Of a stretch of 64,000 bases of DNA, positions 56,527 to 64,000 are shown one piece after another (the stretch's first letter is position 1; each line of letters opens with the position of its first letter). The translations under genes were made by a program, and so were the position numbers. This DNA is from an uncultured Bacteroidota bacterium (GTDB lineage: Bacteria; Bacteroidota; Bacteroidia; Bacteroidales; UBA12481). The notes beneath the pieces were generated by a model. It worked only from the letters and a program-made list of their open reading frames with translations, was not told where the DNA came from and made no database searches. The stretch covers positions 5,151,147-5,215,146 of the forward strand of contig OW818688.1 of NCBI GenBank assembly GCA_942493265.1. The letters are read 5' to 3'.

Positions 56527-58164
56527 TTAAATTGATAGACGAACTGATTCTATTTTTGATTCGAGGAGAGTTAAATCTGCAGCTTTATGGTCATCTGACC
56601 AGTTAAGATAGCTGGAAAGATCATCGAGGATAATGCTTTTATAGCGGATTACGCGGTTGATATCGAAAGAGAGGCGGCCGGTTCTGCGGTCGAGGAAATC
56701 CACGGATGAAAGCACCATTTCGTGATCTGTGCAAAATTTCAGTTCGGCCCGGATGAGAGCCTCCTCCGGTTTTGAAGAATCAAATTCATCCATTAAGCTG
56801 AGTATCCGATCTGTTTGCTTTCCATAATTGGCTACCAGGTAACCTGCATAATAATCAGGCAATTGAATGGTGTTCAGTTTTTGTCCGATGGTAGTTCGAT
56901 AATAATTCACCTCCTCCTCATTCCATAGTGGGTCCTCAGTGAGCGGAATATGCCGGGTTGTGCAGGGACCGAATTCTCTTCCTTCCGATTTTTCGAATCG
57001 CTTAGCGACCAGGTCCACCGTTTTTTCCGCCATTCTGCGATAGCCGGTCAGCTTACCCCCTGCGATAGAAATCATTCCGTCAGGAGCCTCAAAGATTTCG
57101 TCCCTCCGGGAGATTTCCGAAGCCGACTTTCCTTCCTGGTGGATCAAAGGGCGTACGCCAGCCCAGCTGGACTCCACATCTGCGAGTTCGAGATGAATCC
57201 CGGGAAAGGTGCTGTTAACCGCATCGATCAGATATTGAGCATCTTCCGTAGTGGTAATAATATTATCCAAATCGCCTTTATAATCCGTATCGGTTGTTCC
57301 GATATAAGTTGTTCTTCCCCTGGGAATGGTAAAAATCATCCGGCCATCGGGTACATCAAAATAGATGGAGTGCTTAACGGGCAGTTTCTCGTAAGGCAAA
57401 ACAATATGAACGCCTTTGGTGAGGTGAAGGCGTTTTTTGGTGATTGAATTATTCATTTTGCGGATATGATCAACCCAGGGTCCACATGCATTTACAATAC
57501 ATTTTGTTTGCACACTGCAACTCTGGTTTTCAAAATGATCATAACAAACCGCGCCGCAGATTTTCGAATCCTCCGTGATCAGGGATTGCATCTCCAGATA
57601 ATTCAGACATACGGCGCCTTTCCGCTGTGCTGCCTTAATCAGCTCGATGGTGAGGCGGGCGTCATCGGTGCGATATTCAGAGTAAAAACCTGATCCGATC
57701 AGCGTGGCCTCATTCAGAAGAGGTTCCATTGCCAGGGTTTCTTCCTTGGAAAGCATATGCCGGCGATCCTCCTTCCGAACATTGGCCAGAATATCATATA
57801 CTTCCAATCCGAATGAAGAGGAAAGTCTTCCGTAGGTACCGCCCTTGATCAGGGGCATGAGCATCTTCTCCGGAATGACCAGATGGGGAGCGTTTTTATG
57901 AACGATCGCACGTTCGCGGCCAACTTCACTCACCAGGGCAAATTCAAGCTGTTTGAGGTACCTGAGGCCTCCATGAACCAGCTTGGTTGACTTACTGCTG
58001 GTTCCCGATGCAAAATCGCTTTTCTCAACAAGAGCAACTTTGATACCCCGTGAAGCAGCATCGAGGGCTATTCCGGCACCGGTAATGCCCCCTCCGATGA
58101 TGAGAAGGTCCCATTGTTCAGTACAAAGCCGGCTTAAATTTTCAGATCTGGTTATCATAATCAA
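56527..58164 (-). CDS. glpD: FAD-dependent glycerol-3-phosphate dehydrogenase
   Basis: 545 aa. FAD fold DLLIIGGGITGAGIALDAASRG, a GGKLTGYR segment and a C-terminal alpha-helical domain. It is the last gene of the glpF-glpK-glpD string. Confidence 0.9.
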   Translation of the reverse strand: MIMITRSENLSRLCTEQWDLLIIGGGITGAGIALDAASRGIKVALVEKSDFASGTSSKSTKLVHGGLRYLKQLEFALVSEVGRERAIVHKNAPHLVIPEKMLMPLIKGGTYGRLSSSFGLEVYDILANVRKEDRRHMLSKEETLAMEPLLNEATLIGSGFYSEYRTDDARLTIELIKAAQRKGAVCLNYLEMQSLITEDSKICGAVCYDHFENQSCSVQTKCIVNACGPWVDHIRKMNNSITKKRLHLTKGVHIVLPYEKLPVKHSIYFDVPDGRMIFTIPRGRTTYIGTTDTDYKGDLDNIITTTEDAQYLIDAVNSTFPGIHLELADVESSWAGVRPLIHQEGKSASEISRRDEIFEAPDGMISIAGGKLTGYRRMAEKTVDLVAKRFEKSEGREFGPCTTRHIPLTEDPLWNEEEVNYYRTTIGQKLNTIQLPDYYAGYLVANYGKQTDRILSLMDEFDSSKPEEALIRAELKFCTDHEMVLSSVDFLDRRTGRLSFDINRVIRYKSIILDDLSSYLNWSDDHKAADLTLLESKIESVRLSI

Positions 58165-58199
58165 TTCAATGCGATGTTATTCCAATCAACGGTGCGTTT

Positions 58200-59687
58200 C
58201 TATTCCTGCGCCCAGCCACGGGTTCTGCGCACGGCATCCTGCCATTTGTGATAGAGGGTCTGGCGCTTATCCGTGGACATGGCCGGAATGAATTCACGTT
58301 CGATTCGCCGATCCTGTTTAATGATCCTGTAATCCCACCAATCCAACTGAATTCCAGCCAGATAAGCAGCACCCATGGCTGTGGTTTCCACCACTTCAGG
58401 GCGTTCAACCGGCACATTCAGGATATCCGCCTGAAACTGCATCAGATAATCATTGACAACAGCTCCTCCATCAACCTGCAGTGACTTCACCTTAATCCCG
58501 GAATCCTCCGCCATGGCTTCAATCACATCACGCGTTTGATACGCCATTGATTCCAGGGTTGCTTTCGCCAGATGAGCGCCGGTAGTGTCGCGGGTAATTC
58601 CGAAAATGGCACCCCGGGCATACATATCCCAGTATGGGGCGCCCAGACCGGCAAAGGCGGGCACCACAAAAATATCCTCACATCCGGCAGCCTTCATCGC
58701 CATCTGCTCCGATTCCGCAGCATTTTTCAGGATCTTCAATCCATCGCGAAGCCACTGGATGGCTGAGCCCGCAACAAAAACGCTCCCTTCGAGGGCATAT
58801 TGAATACTTTCGCCTGTGCTGCAAGCCAATGTCGTGATCAGTCCGTTTTTGGATATCACCTTTGTATCTCCGGTATTCATCAGCATAAAACAACCGGTTC
58901 CATAGGTATTCTTCACCATGCCCTCTTCCAGACAGGCCTGTCCGAAAAGGGCAGCCTGCTGATCACCGGCTACTCCGCAAATCGGAATCTTAAAACCATC
59001 GGCATGAAAATATCCGAACAATCCTGACGAAGGCTTGACATCCGGAAGCATGACTTTTGGAATATTCAGCTGATCAAGCAAATAGGCATCCCACTCCAGG
59101 CTCGAAATATTGAACAGCATGGTTCGCGACGCGTTTGTATAATCGGTCAGATGAGATTTGCCCCCGGTGAGTTTCCAGATCAGCCAGGTATCGACCGTTC
59201 CAAAAAGCAGATCGCCGGCCTCAGCTTTTTTCCGGGCTCCTTCTATCTCATCCAGCATCCATCTGATTTTTGTGGCCGAAAAATAGGAATCGATCACCAA
59301 TCCGGTGTTTTCGCGTACATAGTCCTCAAGCCCTTTCGATTTGAGCACCTCGCAGATGGGTGCAGTCCGCTTGTCCTGCCATACAATCGCGTTGCCGATG
59401 GCCTGTCCGGTATGCCTGTCCCAAATAATGGTAGTTTCGCGCTGGTTGGTGATGCCAATTCCGGCAATCTGGCCAAAACCGACTCCGGCATCCTCCATCA
59501 CCTTATACATGGTTGCCCTTTGGGAGGCCCATATTTCTTCCGGATCGTGCTCCACCCATCCGGATTTCGGATAAATCTGCTTAAACTCCATCTGCGCCGT
59601 TCCCCTGATCGATCCTTTTGCATCCACCAACAAGGTTCTGGAGCTGGTTGTTCCCTGATCGAGGGCTAGAATGAATTTTTCGTTCAT
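58200..59687 (-). CDS. glpK: Glycerol kinase
   Basis: 495 aa. [22 protein letters not shown] and [10 protein letters not shown] are classic FGGY/GlpK motifs. Confidence 0.97.
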   Translation of the reverse strand: MNEKFILALDQGTTSSRTLLVDAKGSIRGTAQMEFKQIYPKSGWVEHDPEEIWASQRATMYKVMEDAGVGFGQIAGIGITNQRETTIIWDRHTGQAIGNAIVWQDKRTAPICEVLKSKGLEDYVRENTGLVIDSYFSATKIRWMLDEIEGARKKAEAGDLLFGTVDTWLIWKLTGGKSHLTDYTNASRTMLFNISSLEWDAYLLDQLNIPKVMLPDVKPSSGLFGYFHADGFKIPICGVAGDQQAALFGQACLEEGMVKNTYGTGCFMLMNTGDTKVISKNGLITTLACSTGESIQYALEGSVFVAGSAIQWLRDGLKILKNAAESEQMAMKAAGCEDIFVVPAFAGLGAPYWDMYARGAIFGITRDTTGAHLAKATLESMAYQTRDVIEAMAEDSGIKVKSLQVDGGAVVNDYLMQFQADILNVPVERPEVVETTAMGAAYLAGIQLDWWDYRIIKQDRRIEREFIPAMSTDKRQTLYHKWQDAVRRTRGWAQE

Positions 59688-59703
59688 AAGAACATAATTG
59701 AAA

Positions 59704-60507
59704 TTAATTGACTCTGTCCTCTTTTAACTGATGGGCAACAGCTTCGTATACTGCTGCCAGGATTACCACGGTAACCACCCAGAATGCCCATGAAATTACT
59801 TGCTTGGTGATCATATCATAAACCAGGGCTCCATAAATACCACCGAGGATGGGCCCTGCCACAGGAATCCAGCTGTAAGGCCAATCTGATTTCCCTTTTT
59901 GGGCTACCGGTAAAAGAAAATGAGCGATACGGGGTCCGAGGTCACGGGCGGGGTTAATGGCATAGCCGGTAGTACCCCCCAATGACACACCGATGGCAAT
60001 TATCAAAAATCCCACGATCAGGGGATTGAGTCCTTCGGTAAATTTATTGGCTCCGATGAACAGCAGTCCGGTTATCAAAACGAATGTACCGATAATCTCA
60101 CAGAGCAGATTGGCCCATTTCGACCGGATGGCCGGTGCAGTACAAAACACAGCCAATTTGATTGCCTGATTGTCCGTACGCTTCCAATGCGGCAGATAAT
60201 GGAGCCAGACGGCAGTTCCTCCGAGAATTCCTCCGAGCATTTGAGCCAGTATATAATAAGGGACCTTATCCCAGGGGAAGGCACCCTGCGCTGCAAATGC
60301 CAGTGTGACAGCAGGATTGAGATGAGCCCCGCTGAACGATCCAACACCATAAATAGCCAGGGCAACACCCAATCCCCACCCGACCGTTATGACGATCCAG
60401 CCCGAATTCTCCGATTTGGTTCCTTTAAGAATAACACCGGCTACAACTCCGTCGCCGAACAGCACCAAAATGGCTGTTCCGATTAATTCCGCTAAAAATT
60501 CTGACAT
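59704..60507 (-). CDS. glpF: Aquaglyceroporin / glycerol uptake facilitator (start moved from 60675 to ATG 60507)
   Basis: From [20 protein letters not shown] the protein has two NPA boxes ([12 protein letters not shown] and [12 protein letters not shown]). The upstream 56 codons of the track ORF run through the divergent promoter region. Confidence 0.9.
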   Translation of the reverse strand: MSEFLAELIGTAILVLFGDGVVAGVILKGTKSENSGWIVITVGWGLGVALAIYGVGSFSGAHLNPAVTLAFAAQGAFPWDKVPYYILAQMLGGILGGTAVWLHYLPHWKRTDNQAIKLAVFCTAPAIRSKWANLLCEIIGTFVLITGLLFIGANKFTEGLNPLIVGFLIIAIGVSLGGTTGYAINPARDLGPRIAHFLLPVAQKGKSDWPYSWIPVAGPILGGIYGALVYDMITKQVISWAFWVVTVVILAAVYEAVAHQLKEDRVN

Positions 60508-60581
60508 AAGTTTAGTTTTTGATCCTCTTAAAAATAGGCAGAAGCCGTGGATAATAAAAGTAATAATTAAGTTTGTAGCTA

Positions 60582-62096
60582 TTGAAAAACTTAAAACAAT
60601 CCACGTTGGACCAAACAACCAAAACACCCGACGAAAAAACTGCTGAGGCCCCAAAAGTACGGGTATCCAAAACATTAGTTTTCAGCCTTTTTGGCAGTTT
60701 ATTTGTGGTTGCCTTGTTGACCCTGTTAAAGGTGTGGCATGTATGGGAGATTCCTGAAGCCGTATTACTCACAGGAAGGTGGATCGTTCTCGCCCAGATT
60801 ATCCTGTACGCGGTTTTTAAGAAATCCCTCACTACCTGGATTTTGATCAGCATGATTGTGGGAGCCGAATTCGGCCATGACCTGCCTGAAATTGCCGTTG
60901 GTATGAATCTGGTAAGCAAGATATTCCTGCGGTTAATTAAAACGATCATCGCTCCCCTGCTTTTTGCCACCATCGTCAACGGCATTGCCGGGCATTCCAA
61001 TCTCAAACAGGTTGGCAGGATGAGCTGGAAATCGCTGGTATATTTTGAAGTTGTTACCATCATTGCCTTGTTTATTGGTCTGATCGCCATTAATGTTGCA
61101 AAAGCCGGCGTGGGAGTAACCCTGCCGACTGCAATCAGTCAGGCCGATGCACCCGTTGTGGTTCCGCAGACCACCGCCGAGGTGATCCTCCATATTTTCC
61201 CTGAGAATATTGCCAAATCGATTTATGAAGGGCAGGTGCTGCAAATCGTGATTTTCAGCATTCTGTTCGGGATTGCGGTTGCGATGATGAAGCAGAAGCA
61301 ATACGGCCCGATGATCAAGTTTACGGAATCCCTGGCCGAGGCCATGTTCAAGTTCACCCAGATTATCATGTACTTTGCCCCGTTTGCCGTATTTGCCGCT
61401 ATCGCATATAGTGTGGGTCACATGGGGATAGATATACTGGTGAATCTGTTTAAGCTTCTGGCCACGCTATACGTGTCGCTTTTTGCTTTCCTGCTGCTCG
61501 TCCTTTTTCCGATTGCCCTTTTCCTCCGAATTCCGGTTAAAAAATTCATCAAGGCAATTGCCGAACCTGTTACACTGGCCTTTGCCACAACGAGTTCCGA
61601 ATCAGCCTTACCCATGGCCATGGAGCGAATGGAGGAATTCGGGGTACCCCGGAAGATCGTTGCGTTTGTAATGCCAACCGGTTACAGTTTCAACCTGGCC
61701 GGAACCACTTTATATTTATCGCTGGCAACAATATTCGTCGCCCAGATCAGTGGAATACATCTTTCACTTGACAAACAGCTGATCATCATGTTCACGCTCA
61801 TGCTGACCAGCAAGGGAGTTGCCGGTGTACCACGTGCTTCCCTGGTTATTTTGCTGGGTACGGCGGCCAGTTTCGGGTTACCAACCTGGCCTATTTACAT
61901 AATACTCGGCATTGATGAATTAATGGACATGGCGCGTACCGCAGTCAATGTGATCGGTAACTGTCTGGCAACGGTTGTAATTGCAATCTGGGAGAAAGAA
62001 TACGTCAGGCCCGGTAAATTAATTGTACAGGCCGATCCTGTTATCAGTAATCCAGAAATCAATGAACATCAGAAAATCAGCCGTACGGATTATTGA
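60582..62096 (+). CDS. Dicarboxylate/amino acid:cation symporter (DAACS family); start codon uncertain
   Basis: The DAACS core runs from ..KKSLTTWILISMIVGAEFG, with an ATTSSESALP motif and a C-terminal GIDELMDMARTAVNVIGN. The track start is a TTG only 7 nt after a TAAGTTTG box (60568-60575). The ~75-aa N-terminal extension carries two extra hydrophobic segments. Confidence 0.85.
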   Translation: MKNLKQSTLDQTTKTPDEKTAEAPKVRVSKTLVFSLFGSLFVVALLTLLKVWHVWEIPEAVLLTGRWIVLAQIILYAVFKKSLTTWILISMIVGAEFGHDLPEIAVGMNLVSKIFLRLIKTIIAPLLFATIVNGIAGHSNLKQVGRMSWKSLVYFEVVTIIALFIGLIAINVAKAGVGVTLPTAISQADAPVVVPQTTAEVILHIFPENIAKSIYEGQVLQIVIFSILFGIAVAMMKQKQYGPMIKFTESLAEAMFKFTQIIMYFAPFAVFAAIAYSVGHMGIDILVNLFKLLATLYVSLFAFLLLVLFPIALFLRIPVKKFIKAIAEPVTLAFATTSSESALPMAMERMEEFGVPRKIVAFVMPTGYSFNLAGTTLYLSLATIFVAQISGIHLSLDKQLIIMFTLMLTSKGVAGVPRASLVILLGTAASFGLPTWPIYIILGIDELMDMARTAVNVIGNCLATVVIAIWEKEYVRPGKLIVQADPVISNPEINEHQKISRTDY

Positions 62097-62907
62097 CTCC
62101 TTTTATCTTTTTATCAGGAGATACAGATCGGAGGACAATCTTTTCACCAATAGAATTGATTCATTTTTTGCTGATACCTACAAGATTCACAAGTTCATAG
62201 CCCGGTTTTTCAAGGAAGTTTTCCAACGACCGTTTGAATTTCGCGAAATCATCAAGCAGTGCTATGAGGTTGGATTTAAGTCGATTCCGCTCATTACCCT
62301 TACCGGATTCGTTATAGGCATCGTTTTTACCAAGCAATCACGGCCTCCTCTGCTGGAATTTGGCGCGGCATCCTGGTTGCCGTCACTGATCGGAATTGCC
62401 TTTGTCAGGGCTCTGGGGCCATTGGTTACAGCCCTGATCGCAGCCGGTAAAGTAGGATCCAACATCGGGGCCGAACTGGGATCGATGAAAGTTACAGAGC
62501 AGATCGATGCCATGGATGTATCTGCCGTTAATCCCTATAAATTCCTGGTGGTTACAAGGGTTGTTGCAACCACCGTGATGCTGCCTGTTTTGATGCTTTA
62601 CAGCACCTTCGTAGGCTTGCTGGGCTCCTTTCTGAACGTTCATGCCAACGAACTTACCAGTTTTACCACCTTCATTGAAAGCGCTTTTTCATCAGTCAGC
62701 TTTCTGGATGTTTCATCGGCTGTAGTAAAATCGGTTGTATACGGATTCACCATCGGGATTGTCGGGTGCTACAGGGGCTTCAATGCCACCAACGGCACAC
62801 AGGGTGTGGGTAAGGCCGCGAACCGGGCGGTAGTTTTTTCGATGTTTCTGATCTTTGCCGAAGAGATGATTATTGTTCAGGTTACTAACTGGATTGCCTC
62901 TTTTTAA
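62062..62907 (+). CDS. mlaE: MlaE-family ABC transporter permease (start moved to ATG 62062)
   Basis: LGPLVTALIAAGKVGSNIGAELGSMKVTEQIDAMDV is the MlaE signature region. The start overlaps the end of the DAACS gene by 35 nt. Confidence 0.85.
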   Translation: MNIRKSAVRIIDSFYLFIRRYRSEDNLFTNRIDSFFADTYKIHKFIARFFKEVFQRPFEFREIIKQCYEVGFKSIPLITLTGFVIGIVFTKQSRPPLLEFGAASWLPSLIGIAFVRALGPLVTALIAAGKVGSNIGAELGSMKVTEQIDAMDVSAVNPYKFLVVTRVVATTVMLPVLMLYSTFVGLLGSFLNVHANELTSFTTFIESAFSSVSFLDVSSAVVKSVVYGFTIGIVGCYRGFNATNGTQGVGKAANRAVVFSMFLIFAEEMIIVQVTNWIASF

Positions 62908-62916
62908 ATTAGCATC

Positions 62917-63690
62917 ATGGAGAATAAAATTCAGACGACTAATAATCAGGAGGCGGTAATCTCCATCCGGGGGCTCCATAAATCCTTTGGAGGATCGCAG
63001 GTACTCAAGGGGATCGACCTGGATGTATTTAAAGGTGAAAACTTTGTTGTGCTGGGCAGGTCGGGCAGCGGGAAATCTGTATTGATCAAGATAATAGCCG
63101 GGCTGTTAGCCCCTGATCAGGGAATTGTAAAAGTATTGGGGCAGCAGGTAGACAAACTTTCCCAAAAGGATTTACAGACGCTTCGCCTGAGAATGGGTTT
63201 TATTTTTCAGAGCAGCGCCTTATATGACAGTATGACGATCCGGGAAAATCTGGAATTCTCGATGATCCGGAATTTCCCCCAACTGGCCAGTTCAAAAATC
63301 GACAAAGCGGTAGAAGAAGTATTAGAAGCGGTGGGATTAAGAGAAAAGATCAATCAGATGCCGTCGGACCTTTCGGGCGGGCAGATCAAAAGGATCGGAA
63401 TTGCCCGCACCTTAATCCTGCGACCGGAAATCATGTTGTACGATGAGCCGACAGCAGGATTGGATCCGATCACCTGCACCGAGATCAATCAGCTGATCAA
63501 TGAAGTTCAATGCAGATATAACACCAGTTCCATTATCATTACACATGATCTTACCTGCGCCAAAACCACCGGGAACCGGATTGCCGTGCTTCAGGACGGT
63601 AAATTTTTTCGTCAGGGGAGCTTCGAAGAGGTATTTGACACCGATGATAACCTGGTAAAGAGTTTTTTTGATTACAATTTTATACAGTAA
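62917..63690 (+). CDS. mlaF: MlaF-type ABC transporter ATP-binding protein
   Basis: 257 aa. Walker A GRSGSGKS, signature LSGGQIKRIGIART and Walker B IMLYDEPTAGLDP. Confidence 0.9.
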   Translation: MENKIQTTNNQEAVISIRGLHKSFGGSQVLKGIDLDVFKGENFVVLGRSGSGKSVLIKIIAGLLAPDQGIVKVLGQQVDKLSQKDLQTLRLRMGFIFQSSALYDSMTIRENLEFSMIRNFPQLASSKIDKAVEEVLEAVGLREKINQMPSDLSGGQIKRIGIARTLILRPEIMLYDEPTAGLDPITCTEINQLINEVQCRYNTSSIIITHDLTCAKTTGNRIAVLQDGKFFRQGSFEEVFDTDDNLVKSFFDYNFIQ

Positions 63691-63693
63691 AAA

Positions 63694-64000
63694 ATGAAAT
63701 CAACAATAAGAAGGCGAGCCGTGATTGTAGGACTTTTCCTGTTTATAGGATTGATTATTCTGGTAGCCGGCATACTGACCATTGGCAATCTGCACAACAG
63801 CTTTGTCAAGAAATTCACCATCTCCACCATATTTGATGAGGTAAACGGCTTGCAGCCTGGCAACAACATCTGGTTTTCGGGAGTCAAAATAGGCACCGTC
63901 AGCACACTTGAATTTTTCGGTAAATCGCAGGTGAGCGTAAGCATGAAAATTGACCGTGACGCACAGCCTTACATTCGCAAAAATGCAAAAGCCAAGATCA
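63694..64000 (+). CDS. mlaD: MlaD/MCE-family substrate-binding protein, 5' fragment (runs off the right window edge; not in the ORF track)
   Basis: ATG 63694 gives MKSTIRRRAVIVGLFLFIGLIILVAGILTIGNL.., an N-terminal TM anchor. It continues with ..FDEVNGLQPGNNIWFSGVKIGTVSTLEF.., typical of the MCE domain. The frame is open to position 64000, and it sits directly after mlaE-mlaF. Confidence 0.75.
   Translation, partial: MKSTIRRRAVIVGLFLFIGLIILVAGILTIGNLHNSFVKKFTISTIFDEVNGLQPGNNIWFSGVKIGTVSTLEFFGKSQVSVSMKIDRDAQPYIRKNAKAKI

Noticed and set aside
1-64000. Search for tRNA, rRNA, tmRNA, riboswitches, transposases, integrases, phage genes, toxin-antitoxin pairs or known defence-system genes.
   Set aside because: I found none by eye. 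There are no T-loop/acceptor-like GGTTCGAATCC contexts outside coding sequence, no IS-like inverted repeats and no recombinase motifs. I cannot exclude small ncRNAs without covariance-model scans (Infernal/Rfam, tRNAscan-SE).

Overview
This is a 64-kb chromosomal window from a Bacteroidota bacterium. The phylum call rests on a canonical T9SS C-terminal sorting domain on a giant protein, a GldB-like lipoprotein next to nadE, a DUF1573 CGCT-motif protein, TAnnTTTG -7 promoter boxes and almost no Shine-Dalgarno leaders. A desulfoferrodoxin-ferritin-rubredoxin-flavodiiron operon suggests an anaerobic or microaerotolerant lifestyle. I saw no rRNA, tRNA, CRISPR, transposase, integrase or phage genes, so this looks like ordinary chromosome rather than an obvious island. 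Layout: (i) 1-15147 holds two tandem minus-strand genes for giant paralogous secreted repeat proteins, one of 2653 aa and one of at least 2332 codons that is cut by the left window edge. (ii) 15.3-35.5 kb holds housekeeping and envelope genes: nadE, an OM beta-barrel, gldB-like, the O2-detox operon, an M20 amidohydrolase, a 1106-aa OM protein, DUF1573, meaB, a serine hydrolase, lpdA, uvrA, LOG, miaA and smpB. (iii) 35.5-45 kb holds a sensorless histidine kinase plus a cluster of a methyltransferase-GT2 fusion, a GT-C-like membrane protein, a GH38-like secreted protein and a phosphohexomutase. (iv) 45.1-56.5 kb holds a GntR-associated divergon: a Zn-dehydrogenase on one side and, on the other, an E2 / E3 / fused-E1 2-oxoacid dehydrogenase complex followed by a PHP-like protein and an aldolase-SDR fusion. 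(v) The remainder holds glpF-glpK-glpD, a DAACS transporter and mlaEFD, with mlaD cut by the right edge. Three real genes are missing from the supplied ORF track: complement(1..6996), a 56-aa rubredoxin (19748..19918) and the 5' part of mlaD (63694..64000). The most noteworthy observations are the tandem giant T9SS-type genes with mosaic divergence (a near-identical tract next to a strongly diverged jelly-roll domain), and a set of odd intergenic spacers built from iterated octamers, one of which is a tandem array of perfect Shine-Dalgarno / anti-SD sequence. All family names come from motif recognition by eye; no database search was run.
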